A stretch of 64,000 bases of DNA from an uncultured Alphaproteobacteria bacterium (GTDB lineage: Bacteria > Pseudomonadota > Alphaproteobacteria > Acetobacterales > Acetobacteraceae): NCBI GenBank assembly GCA_963812075.1, contig CAWETN010000011.1:86953-150952 (forward strand), written 5' to 3'. A program made the position numbers and the translations under genes. The notes beneath the pieces are model-generated. The model was not told where the DNA came from and did not search any database. It saw only the letters and a list, made by a program, of their open reading frames with translations. Below, piece by piece: positions 1 to 9,230 of the stretch (its first letter is position 1; every line of letters starts with the position of its first letter).

Positions 1-204
1 AACGACGGGTATAGCATCACATCATTATAGCAAGGGCATAACCTCACATGTTGCAGCATTTTGCTGAAGCGTCATCAACATTAGGAGAATATTATGCGAA
101 CGCACAACAAAACCAAAGTAGTAAGTCAGAAAGCTTCGCCTGCCAACAGGAACAGCGGCAAAGTTGGCTTGGCAACGATAAGGCTAAACAATTGCCGGAG
201 ACTT

Positions 205-639
205 ATGCTTGATCATGAAAAGTTCATCAGAAAACTCTACACCTACGGAGAGGGGCAAGGATAGATACGCAGAAATTTGTCTCCATGTTCTCTGACGAAG
301 GATACATGTTGGATATGGCTTCCGGCACGAAGTTCCGCGGGAAGGCCATTGGTGACTCCATTGCCGGCTTAGCAAGTGCATTCCCCGACGTCCACCGTGA
401 GTTACTTAGCATCTACGTCGCGGAGAACGTCGTCGTTGTCGAAATCGCAATTCGGGGAACGCATAAAGGTGAGCTGGCCCTTGCTTCTGGAACTCTAGCT
501 CCAACGGGCAAGACAATAGATGTCCCGAGGTTGCGATGTTTATCACCTTGAGGGTGGGAAGATCATCTCCTTTCATTGCTACAACTTGCCTTCCGTAATG
601 CAGCAACAACTTGGCGAAAAAAATATGAGGTTATCATGA
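205..639 (+). pseudogene. SnoaL-like ester cyclase (NTF2 fold), disrupted by an in-frame TAG at 262-264 and a frame change near 526-532
   Basis: Three pieces reassemble the protein. Piece 1 is MLDHEKFIRKLYTYGEGQG* (205-264). Piece 2 is DTQKFVSMFSDEGYMLDMASG...IRGTHKGELALASGTLAPTGKTIDVP (track ORF 285..551). Piece 3 is CDVYHLEGGKIISFHCYNLPSVMQQQLGEKNMRLS*, with its stop at 637-639. The GTH.GE...PTGK...GKI pattern is typical of the ester cyclase family. The region is AT-rich. Confidence 0.55.
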
Positions 640-1262
640 CCACGAAACCCCGTATCGCCATTGTGATTGGCTCGACCCGGCCCGGTCGGTACGCCGACAA
701 GGCCGCTGGCTGGATGCTGAAACAGACCCAGGCCCGTGACGACATCGAGGCGGAACTTCTCGACCTTCGCGACCATCCGATGCCCTTCTTCGATGAGAAG
801 GGGCCGCCTATGTCGACGCCCAGCGAGAACCCCGAGGCATTGCGCTGGCAGAAAACGCTCGCCCGATACGACGGCTTCGTTTTCGTGGTGGCCGAATACA
901 ACAGCTCGATCACGGGTGTGCTGAAGAATGCGCTCGACCAAGCCTATAAGGAGTGGGGACGTAAGCCGTTCACTGCCATTGGTTACGGCGGGGCCGGAGC
1001 GGCGCGGGCGATTGAGCATCTACGCCAAATCACGAGTGCGCTGCAAATGGTTTCGACCGCAGCCACCGTCAACATTGGCGGCGCCGATTTCAGGTCGACC
1101 TCCCCGATGGGTGCAAACAAGCCCATCGAAGACATCGAGGCACACCTGCTTGCCTCCACGAAGTCGGCTTTGGATGAGCTCGTCTGGTGGGCCCACGCGA
1201 CGATGGCGGCGAAAGCCGCTGAAGCTTCATTGCGACGCGACCCGACCGAGCTGGCGGCGTAG
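636..1262 (+). CDS. NADPH-dependent FMN reductase family protein
   Basis: MTTKPRIAIVIGSTRPGRYADKAAGWMLKQ... is a typical N-terminus for this flavodoxin-like family. Track ORF 576..1262 was trimmed to the ATG at 636, which overlaps the upstream stop (ATGA). Confidence 0.8.
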   Translation: MTTKPRIAIVIGSTRPGRYADKAAGWMLKQTQARDDIEAELLDLRDHPMPFFDEKGPPMSTPSENPEALRWQKTLARYDGFVFVVAEYNSSITGVLKNALDQAYKEWGRKPFTAIGYGGAGAARAIEHLRQITSALQMVSTAATVNIGGADFRSTSPMGANKPIEDIEAHLLASTKSALDELVWWAHATMAAKAAEASLRRDPTELAA

Positions 1263-1370
1263 CGCTGGCCATCTGCGGCCATCGGGTCGGGGGTAGACGG
1301 TGGATCAGTCGTATATCGCTCCCTCGCACGCCGTACGCTCGTCGAATGCCCAACCGTAACGGAGATCCCG

Positions 1371-2003
1371 ATGTATGACCAATCCAAGCTATCCGAGTTG
1401 ATCCGGTTCGCACGCGTAGAAACGGGCTCCTCCGTCATCGACGTTTACCCAGGCGACGGCGATTGGACGCGCCTCTTCTCTGACGTCGTGGGACCCGGAG
1501 GACGGGTCTACAGCTTCGTGCCGGCCGAAGTCGCCCACTTCAAGAACGATCCGGTCGGCCGCATGCAAACGCTCGCGAAGGAGCCGGGCCTAGAAAACGT
1601 CGAAGCCGTCTCGGCGGACCTCGTGGCGATGCCGGAGGTCACGCAACCAGCGGATGTCTTGTGGCTGCACCTGTTTTACCACGATCTCCACACCGCGCTG
1701 ATGCAGGCCAAGGGCGCTACGGCGGCCGACTTCAATCGGGCCGTCTACAAGCGGCTGAAGCCCGGTGGGTCATACGTCATCGTCGACCACGCCGCCGCCG
1801 CCGGGGCGGGCACGAGCGACGCCCAGTCGCTGCATCGGATCGACCCTGCGTCCGTCCGCAAGGAGGTGGAGGCGGCCGGCTTCGTGCTGGACGCGGAAAG
1901 CACCATGCTCACGAACAAGGACGAGCCGCACTCGATCAAGGTTTTCGATCCCTCGATCAAGGGCGAGACCGATCGCTTCGCCTATCGGTTCGTGAAGCTT
2001 TGA
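1371..2003 (+). CDS. class I SAM-dependent methyltransferase (COG4798-like)
   Basis: Track ORF of 210 aa. VIDVYPGDGDWT (SAM motif I-like) and LKPGGSYVIVDH (post-I/II-like). The C-terminal GETDRFAYRFVK is typical of this family. Confidence 0.7.
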   Translation: MYDQSKLSELIRFARVETGSSVIDVYPGDGDWTRLFSDVVGPGGRVYSFVPAEVAHFKNDPVGRMQTLAKEPGLENVEAVSADLVAMPEVTQPADVLWLHLFYHDLHTALMQAKGATAADFNRAVYKRLKPGGSYVIVDHAAAAGAGTSDAQSLHRIDPASVRKEVEAAGFVLDAESTMLTNKDEPHSIKVFDPSIKGETDRFAYRFVKL

Positions 2004-2030
2004 CAGTGAGTTCATCCGCGCTTCGAGGAT

Positions 2031-2231
2031 TTGTTCAAGAAGGAGCAGTCATCGATCTACGACCGTATGATCGACGCCGAGAACTGGTCGCGCGTTAACT
2101 TCTTCGAGCAGCGCGCGACCGAATATTTGAAGGCACAAATTCGCGACGGTTGGGGTGGGCCTGACGGCGTATGGGCGCCGCTCGAAGAGCGGGGAGACGC
2201 CGACGGAGCGGCAGATCTGCGGGTCGCTTAG
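2031..2231 (+). CDS. hypothetical protein, or a remnant of a larger gene
   Basis: Track ORF of 66 aa with a TTG start. The composition looks protein-like (IYDRMIDAENWSRVNFFEQRATEYLKAQIRDGW) but I recognise no family. It lies in the lower-GC flank of guaA. Confidence 0.2.
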   Translation: MFKKEQSSIYDRMIDAENWSRVNFFEQRATEYLKAQIRDGWGGPDGVWAPLEERGDADGAADLRVA

Positions 2232-2312
2232 AATCTATCGGCTACTATCGATGGCCTGGGATTCACTCGAGTGTCCTCTGCTATCCGATACTACTCCACA
2301 GGTACTCCCCCC

Positions 2313-3906
2313 TCATTCCCACTCGATCGTCCCAGGCGGCTTGCTGGTGATGTCGTAGGTCACGCGGTTGATCCCGCGCACCTCGTTGACGATCCGCCCC
2401 GCCACGCGGGTGAGGAACGCCGCATCGAACGGATAGACATCGGCAGTCATGCCATCGGTCGAGGTGACGGCGCGCAGCGCGCAGGCATGGTCGTAGGTGC
2501 GCCCGTCGCCCATCACGCCCACCGTGCGCACCGGCAGCAGCACCGCGAACGCCTGCCAGATCGCGTCGTACAGTCCGGCCGCGCGGATCTCCTCGAGGAA
2601 GATCGCATCCGCCTTGCGCAGCAGCTCCAGCCGCTCGCGCGTGATCGCGCCGGGGATGCGGATCGCCAGCCCGGGGCCCGGAAACGGATGCCGCCCGACG
2701 ATCGCCTCGGGCAGCCCCAGCTCGCGGCCCAGCGCGCGCACCTCGTCCTTGAACAGCTCGCGCAGCGGCTCGACCAGCTTCATCCGCATCCGCTCGGGCA
2801 GGCCGCCGACGTTGTGGTGCGACTTGATGGTGACCGAGGGGCCGCCGGTGAAGCTGACGCTCTCGATCACGTCCGGATACAGCGTGCCCTGCGCCAGCCA
2901 GTCGGCGCCGCCCAGCCTGTGCGCCTCCGCCTCGAACACATCGATGAACAGCCGGCCGATCGTCTTGCGCTTCGCCTCCGGATCGGTGACGCCCTCCAGC
3001 GCGCCAAGGAACAGCTCGGACGCGTCGCAGTGCACCAGGCGGATGTTGAAGCGGTCGCGGAAGGTGGCGACCACCTCGTCCGCCTCGCCCTGCCGCAGCA
3101 GGCCGTGATCGACGAAGATGCAGGTGAGCTGGTCGCCGATCGCCTCGTGGATCAGCACCGCGGCCACCGACGGAATCGACTCCGCCGGACAGGCCGCAGA
3201 TCACCCGCCGCCGCCCCACCTCGGCGCGGATGCGGGCGATCTCGGTGGCGCGGAAGCCCGCCATGGTCCAGCTGCCGGACAGTCCCAGCACGCCGTGGGT
3301 GAAGTTGCGCAGCAGCGCCGCGCCGTGCGGCGTGTGCACCACCTCGGGATGGAACAGCAGCCCGTAGAACTGCCGCGCAGTCATCGGCGATGGCGGCGAA
3401 CGGCGCGCCCTCGCTGACCGCCACCGCGCGGAAGCCCGGCGGCAGGCGCGTCACGCGGTCGCCGTGGCTCATCCACACCTGCTCGCGCCCGCCCTTGTGC
3501 CAGACGCCCTGGAACAGCACGCAGTCGTCGGTCGAGATCGACGAAGGCGCGGCCGAATTCGCGGTGGTCCGAGCCCTGCACCTCGCCGCCCAGCTGGTCG
3601 CACATCGTCTGCATGCCGTAGCAGATGCCGAGCACCGGCACGCCCGCCTCGAACACCGCCTGCGGCGCGCGCGGCGAGGTGCCCTCGGTCAGGCTGGCCG
3701 GGCCGCCGGACAGGATGATGCCGCGCGGCCGCCACGCGGCGATGCGGTCCGGATCGGCGTTGAACGGCCAGATCTCGCAGTAGACGCCCGCACTCGCGCA
3801 GGCGGCGCGCGATCAGCTGGGTGACCTGGCTGCCGAAGTCCAGGATCAGCACGCGTTCGGCGGCGAGTGCGGCGGTGGCGGCGGGATCAGGCAGGGAATC
3901 GGGCAT
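2313..3906 (-). pseudogene. guaA: GMP synthase (glutamine-hydrolysing), readable only with 4 frame changes (possible sequencing artefact)
   Basis: Fragments in different frames reassemble the whole enzyme: [30 protein letters not shown] / [23 protein letters not shown] / [21 protein letters not shown] / [28 protein letters not shown] (PP-loop) / track ORF 2313..3167 ending GTIEWE. Breaks lie near 3787-3789, 3535-3541, 3375-3383 and 3168-3172. The length of 1594 nt is not a multiple of 3. Confidence 0.9.
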
Positions 3907-4241
3907 GTGGGTTCCGGGCCATGCGTGATCCTCGCGCTTGGACCATGACGCAAGGGCGCATGCAAGGGCGGCTTGCCGCGACCGTCCGGCAAGAGGACGT
4001 GGCGGATCCCATACATGTAGTCTGCCAAAAAGACGGTGGTCAGGGGGGCCCTGGGCTCGCCGTAACGATCTGGCCGACCTGACAGGAGACGAGGCAGCGC
4101 AGCGGCTGCTGGAACATCTCCGGCGGCAACCGTGACCGGGGCTCATCAGTGCCGTTGACGACGTGCTCGGCAGGGTCCTCGAAGCGTTCGTGGCCGCGTC
4201 CCGGCCTTTGGTCGATGCGAGCGGTTGACTCTCAACCAAGC

Positions 4242-5990
4242 CTAAGCCACCCGGTCGCCCCGCTTGATCTCCACCGTGCGATTGTCGACCGCTGGAAGCA
4301 TCTGTGCAGGGTCGCGGGTGACGACGACGTCGACCACCGTCGGGCGGTCGCGTTCCTCCATGCCTCGACGCAGCGCCACCGACAGCGCCTCGGGATCTTC
4401 GACGCGAATGCCGCCGCAGCCCATCGTCCGGGCGATCGCCGCGTAGTCCATCTCCTTGAGGTCGGCCGACTGGTAGCGCCCGCCCATCATCGCGTGCTGC
4501 AGCGCCTTGACGTAGCCGGAGGCGGCATTGTTGACGACGATCACCGTGAGACCGCACCCGGTGCGGCGCGCAGTCTCGAGTTCTCCCAGCGTCATGTTGA
4601 ACCCGCCATCGCCGCTGATCGCGACGACCGGCCGATCCGGCGCCGCCAGCGCCGCGCCCATCCCGCCCGGCAGTCCGTAGCCGATCGAGGCGAAGCCGCG
4701 ATCCGGGATGAAGCTGCGTCCGGCGCGCTTGGTGTCGTAGAGCAGTCCGGTCCAGTGACCGGCGAAGCCGCCATCGGCGACGAGCAGAGCGTCCTCCGGC
4801 AGGGTCTTGTTCAACTCGCGACAGAGCCGCGCCATGTGCACCGGCCGGTCGCGGGAGTTGAGCCGGGGCGCCGCATCGTCCTCCCAGGCCTGCATGCGCG
4901 GCGCCAGTTCGCCCACATAGTCGGCCCGCACCGCGCGGGCGGCGGCAGCGCTGTCCGACAGCGCATCGGTGAGGTCCTCGATCCCGGCACGCGCATCGCC
5001 CCACAGCGCGATCTCTGCCGGGATGCAGCGGCCGATCTCCTCGGCGACGATGTCGAGATGGATCACCGGGATGTGGGCAGGCGGCAGCGCGAATCGTTTG
5101 GTGGCGATCTCGCCCAGCTTGCAGCCGACGACGATCAGGCAGTCCGACGCCTCGATCAGGTCGTTGGCGATGCGCGAATAGCGACCGAACAGACCGACCG
5201 ACAACCTGTTCGTGCAGGCGATGCCGCCCTTGCCGCTCATGGTGTGCGCGACCGGGATGGACTGGGCTTCGGCGAAGCGGGTCAGCGCGCTCCAGGCCTC
5301 GGACAGGTGGATGCCGCCGCCGGTCAGCAGCAGCGGCCGCCTGGCCTTGGCGATCAACTTCGCGGCGCGCTCGATATCGGCACGGTCGGGGCGGATGCGC
5401 CGTGCCGGCGCCTTCAGCGTCGCTTCGTCGATCACGAAGGCCTCGGGCGCGAAGTCGTGGGTGCCGTGGGCGACGTCCTCGGGCACGTCGAGCAGCACCG
5501 GGCCTGGCCGTCCCGACGTGGCGACTGCGAACGCGCGCCGCACCAGTTCGGGGATGCGGGCGGTCATCTCGACGCGGATCAGCTCCTTCACCGCGGGGCG
5601 GAGGATTTCGACCTGGCGGGATTCCTGGGTCATGTTCTTCCAGGAATGCATGCGGTTGGTGTCGCCGGTGATCGCGACGATCGGGATGCCGCCGTTCAGC
5701 GATTCGACGAGACCGGTGACGAGGTTGGTGGCGCCGGGGCCGAGCGTGCCGTCGCAGATGCCGGGACGGTTGGTGACCCTTGCATAGGCATCGGCTGCGA
5801 AGGCGCCGCAGCGCTCGTCGTTGATCAGGTGGTGGTTCAGGCCGACCAGACCGACCGCGTCGTAGAACGGCAGCAGCTGGAAGCCGCCCATGCCGAACAT
5901 CGGCCCGGCGCCCGCCAGGCGCAGCATCTCTGCCAGCGCGCGTCCGCCGGTCATCGTGCCGGACGGACGATTGTGCAGTGTGGAGCTCAT
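4242..5990 (-). CDS. thiamine diphosphate-binding enzyme (acetolactate synthase large subunit-like family)
   Basis: Intact 582-aa track ORF. The ThDP motif is GDGGFNMTLGELETARRTGCGLTVIVVNN. The N-terminal PYR domain is GGFQLLPFYDA...GPGATNLVTGL. An AGGAGG-type SD lies 5-10 nt upstream. Confidence 0.85.
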   Translation of the reverse strand: MSSTLHNRPSGTMTGGRALAEMLRLAGAGPMFGMGGFQLLPFYDAVGLVGLNHHLINDERCGAFAADAYARVTNRPGICDGTLGPGATNLVTGLVESLNGGIPIVAITGDTNRMHSWKNMTQESRQVEILRPAVKELIRVEMTARIPELVRRAFAVATSGRPGPVLLDVPEDVAHGTHDFAPEAFVIDEATLKAPARRIRPDRADIERAAKLIAKARRPLLLTGGGIHLSEAWSALTRFAEAQSIPVAHTMSGKGGIACTNRLSVGLFGRYSRIANDLIEASDCLIVVGCKLGEIATKRFALPPAHIPVIHLDIVAEEIGRCIPAEIALWGDARAGIEDLTDALSDSAAAARAVRADYVGELAPRMQAWEDDAAPRLNSRDRPVHMARLCRELNKTLPEDALLVADGGFAGHWTGLLYDTKRAGRSFIPDRGFASIGYGLPGGMGAALAAPDRPVVAISGDGGFNMTLGELETARRTGCGLTVIVVNNAASGYVKALQHAMMGGRYQSADLKEMDYAAIARTMGCGGIRVEDPEALSVALRRGMEERDRPTVVDVVVTRDPAQMLPAVDNRTVEIKRGDRVA

Positions 5991-5999
5991 GATTCCTCC

Positions 6000-6807
6000 T
6001 CATGCGCCGAGAGCGCGGCGCAGTCCGGCGACGAAGTCACGCGCGCTGATGCCGTCGCGCAGGCCGAGTGCGGCGGCGCGGGCGTTGACCCGGCTGATGA
6101 TCCCGTCCGCGTAGGTCGAGCGTGCGTCGCCGATGCGGGCGCTGGCGGCCGACACCGTCGCGGCGGCGATGCCGCGCGCGTCGAGCGCCGGCAGCCGGGA
6201 AACGCCGGCGGCGTCCTTGCCGATGCCCGCGTCGTTGTACAGCGGCGCCGAGTGCGTCGTATTTGAGCGCGGTCTCCGGCCTGGCGCCGAGCAGTCCGCC
6301 ATGCGAGCCGGTGACGACGATGGCGTCGTTGTGCTCGGGCAGCACGAGGGACGCTGAGTCGAGCGCCCAGACCCGTGGCGTTTCGGCGATGAGCAGGAAT
6401 GCCAATTCCGGCGCTTCCGGCGGTGCGCGGTGCGCGGAGTGCGCCTGTTGCAGTGCGGCGGCGGCGGCGCGACACGACTGGCCCGGGGTGACGCCGAGCG
6501 ATGCGGCGAGCGCGTTCGCATGGGTGATGATGCCGCTGGCCATCATGTCGGCGCCGTCGCCGATCCGCGCGCTGTCGTGGCCGACGGTTGCGGCGGGGGT
6601 GCCGAAATCCTGCAGGTAGTCGAGACCGGCAATCCCCGCGCGGTCGCGGCCGACGCCGGCATCGTTGAAGATGGCGGCCACGGCCTGGAGCTTGGCCGCC
6701 AGGTAGCCGGCCGTGACCCCACCATGCGAGGCGTTGACGACGACCGCGCCGGCGGCCTCCGGACCGAAACGCGTGATGCTGTCGGCGATGACGATCGGAG
6801 CGGGCAT
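6000..6807 (-). pseudogene. uncharacterised protein made of two tandem ~115-aa modules; one frame change near 6243-6250
   Basis: Begins MPAPIVIADSITRFGPEAAG. Module 1 is VVNASHGG..AAIFNDAGVGRDRAGIAGL..TPAATVGHDSARIGDG..GIITHANALAASLG. Module 2 is VVTGSHGG..LYNDAGIGKDAAGVSRL..IAAATVSAASARIGDA..GIISRVNARAAALG. The pieces lie in track ORFs 6037..7062 and 6000..6521. The stop is 9 nt from the start of the ThDP gene. Confidence 0.6.
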
Positions 6808-7150
6808 CGATGACCTCGCGCATGGCGATGGTGGCCTGGCATCATGCCGATACCGGTTGAGGGCGACAACGGGACTCCCGTTGAGCCCGGGTGACCGTGA
6901 CCATGGACACCAACCGCACGGACGTTCTGAGCCGCCATCCGGTTCCTCGGCACCGGTTGACGCGCGACGGGTACCATCTGCCGGGCGAGGACAATCGGGT
7001 CGAGCTGCTTGAAGGGCAAACTGGCGGAGATGTCGCCGTGCGACTGCGCGCTTGACCAGCACCGGAACAAAACCTCTTCGCAGCGGCGCCGGTTCCGAAG
7101 GGCCAAGGGCTCAGAGCCCGACGATTACAGCGGGGCGCGAGCCCGCGTCC

Positions 7151-8128
7151 TCACGCGGCCTCTGCGCGGCCGCGTCCTTGCAGCACGTCCCGAACCCCGG
7201 CGATGATCCGATTGCGATCCGGGAACACCGCGCTTTCCAGCACCGGCGTATAGGGTATCGGCACCTGCAAGGCGCACACCCGCTTCACCGGTGCCTTCAG
7301 GCGCGCGAATGTCGCGGCATCCTCGGTGACCAGCGCCGCGACCTCCGCCGAGAACCCCGCCGTCGGTCCCGCCTCGTCGGCGATCACCAGCCGCCCCGTC
7401 TTCTGCACCGACTGCCGGATCGTTGCCGCATCCAGCGGCACCAGCGTGCGCGGATCGATGACCTCCACCGACAACCCCTCCGCCGCCAGCGTCTCTGCCG
7501 CGGCGAGCGCCTCGTGCACCAGCCACGCCAGGGCGACCACCGTCACGTCGCTGCCAGCGCGCTTCACGTCGGCCACACCGAGCGGGATCGTGTAGTCTCC
7601 CTCCGGTACCTCGCCCTTGCGCCCCATCAGCCGGCCCGACTCGAACGAGATCACCGGGTTGTTGTCGCGGATCGCCGTCTTCATCAGCCCCTTCATGTCG
7701 TACGGCGTCGACGGCAGGAACATCTTCAGCCCGGCGACATTCATGAACATCGAATAGGGCGACTGCGAGTGCTGCGCCGCGACCTGCCCGCCGCCGCCGA
7801 CCGATGCGCGGAACAGGATCGGAAAGGCCACCTGGCCGCCGAACATGTAGTGGATCTTCGCGGCCTGGTTGACGATCTGGTCCATCGCGACAAAGCAGAA
7901 CGTCACCTGCCGCCAGTCGACGATCGGGCGGAAGCCGGAGCCGGCGGCGCCGATCCCCATGCCGGTCAGCGCCGCCTCGGTGATCGGCGTCGCCCTGATC
8001 CGCGTCGGGCCGAACTCCTTCAGCAGCGGCGGCAGCGCGTCGGTCGACATGTAGAAGATCTTCGGGTCGCGCCGCATCTCCTCGGCGATCGCCTCGACAG
8101 CGGCCTCGTTGTAGGTCAGCTCGCGCAT
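7151..8128 (-). CDS. 2-oxoacid (acetoin/pyruvate-type) dehydrogenase E1 component, beta subunit
   Basis: Intact 325-aa track ORF. MRELTYNEAAVEAIAEEMRRDPKIFYMS..., GFRPIVD... and a transketolase-like pyrimidine-binding plus C-terminal domain pattern. Confidence 0.85.
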   Translation of the reverse strand: MRELTYNEAAVEAIAEEMRRDPKIFYMSTDALPPLLKEFGPTRIRATPITEAALTGMGIGAAGSGFRPIVDWRQVTFCFVAMDQIVNQAAKIHYMFGGQVAFPILFRASVGGGGQVAAQHSQSPYSMFMNVAGLKMFLPSTPYDMKGLMKTAIRDNNPVISFESGRLMGRKGEVPEGDYTIPLGVADVKRAGSDVTVVALAWLVHEALAAAETLAAEGLSVEVIDPRTLVPLDAATIRQSVQKTGRLVIADEAGPTAGFSAEVAALVTEDAATFARLKAPVKRVCALQVPIPYTPVLESAVFPDRNRIIAGVRDVLQGRGRAEAA

Positions 8129-8143
8129 CGTCCGCTCCTCGCG

Positions 8144-9124
8144 TCAGGCTGCGAACACATCGTCGGTCGCCTGCTCCGGCATCGGAAAGGGGCTCGCCTC
8201 GGCGAAGGCGACAGCGGCCTCGAGCGCGCCCACGATGTCGCCCTCCATCGCCCGCAGCCGCGCATCGTCGAGCTCACCCTGCTCGCGCAGCTGCCGCTCG
8301 AGCAGCGCGATCGGATCCTTGCGCTGCCACGTCTCGACCTCCGCACGGTCGCGCGGATCGGGCTGGCCGCGCCGTTCGGTATGGCCGCGCCAACGGTAGG
8401 TCTTGCATTCGATCAGCGTCGGGCCGCCACCGGCGCGTGCCCGCGCCACCGCGGCATTCGCCGCCTGGTAGACGGCGAATACGTCGTTGCCGTCGACCAC
8501 GACACCCGGGACGCCGTAGCCCGCTGCGCGTGACGCCACGTCGCTCAGCGCATGCGTCGCCGCCGCGGCGGTCTGCGCGGCGTACATGTTGTTCTCGCAG
8601 ACGTAGAGCATCGGCAGCTTCCAGGTCGCCGCAATATTGAGGCACTCGTGAAACGGGCCGGCATTCGATGCGCCGTCGCCGAAAAACGACACGGCGACGC
8701 CGCCCTTTCCCTCCAGCTGTGCCGCGAGCCCGGCGCCGGTGACGATCGCGATGCCGCCGGCGACGATGCCGTTAGCTCCCAGCATGCCGATGGCGAAATC
8801 GGCGATGTGCATCGAGCCGCCCTTGCCCTTGCAGTAGCCGGTCTGCCGGCCGTACAGCTCCGCCATCATGCGGTTCAGATCGGCGCCCTTGGCGATGCAG
8901 TGGCCGTGGCCGCGATGCGTCGAGATGATCCGGTCGCTGCGTTCGAGCGCGGTACAGACGCCGACGGCCACCGCCTCCTCGCCGATGTAGCAGTGCACGA
9001 CACCGTAGATCTTGCCGGCAAGGTAGTCGGCCGAAGCGCGCTCCTCGAAGCGGCGGATAGTGAGCATCTGGCGCAGCATCTCGCGCTGCTTGTCGGGCGG
9101 CAGGTTGGGCGAGGGGTTCGGCAT
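8144..9124 (-). CDS. 2-oxoacid dehydrogenase E1 component, alpha subunit (ThDP-binding)
   Basis: Track ORF 8144..9250 trimmed to MPNPSPNLPPDKQREMLRQMLTIRRFEE, which has a GGAGG-like SD upstream. The ThDP motif is GDGASNAGPFHECLNIAATWKLPMLYVCENN. YRWRGH is also present. Confidence 0.85.
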   Translation of the reverse strand: MPNPSPNLPPDKQREMLRQMLTIRRFEERASADYLAGKIYGVVHCYIGEEAVAVGVCTALERSDRIISTHRGHGHCIAKGADLNRMMAELYGRQTGYCKGKGGSMHIADFAIGMLGANGIVAGGIAIVTGAGLAAQLEGKGGVAVSFFGDGASNAGPFHECLNIAATWKLPMLYVCENNMYAAQTAAAATHALSDVASRAAGYGVPGVVVDGNDVFAVYQAANAAVARARAGGGPTLIECKTYRWRGHTERRGQPDPRDRAEVETWQRKDPIALLERQLREQGELDDARLRAMEGDIVGALEAAVAFAEASPFPMPEQATDDVFAA

Positions 9125-9230
9125 GGACGTGATGCCTCCAGGCCTGCAAGGCTGCGCATGATGGGCCAGGGTGGCAGGGCTGGCAACCAGATGACCGCCG
9201 GTGCCATCGTTACGCACTCCGGCAGCAGCA

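Noticed and set aside
2259-2331. Partial repeat of the guaA 3' terminus as an att site
   Set aside because: Only ~15 of 19 positions match and gaps are needed. With no integrase or second boundary in the window it cannot be called an attachment site, so it is mentioned only as a hint in the island finding.
3469-6003. 844-aa track ORF on the minus strand spanning guaA 5' sequence and the ThDP gene region
   Set aside because: Its translation is Arg/Pro/Gly/Ala-rich junk, typical of out-of-frame reading in high-GC DNA. Only its last ~40 codons coincide with the true guaA N-terminus. The real genes here are guaA and the 582-aa ThDP enzyme in other frames.
6903-7055. 50-aa plus-strand ORF (MDTNRTDVLSRHPVPRHRLTRDGYHLPGEDNRVELLEGQTGGDVAVRLRA) in the operon gap
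   Set aside because: It has no SD and third-position GC well below that of confirmed genes. It is on the opposite strand to the surrounding operon, and I recognise no family.
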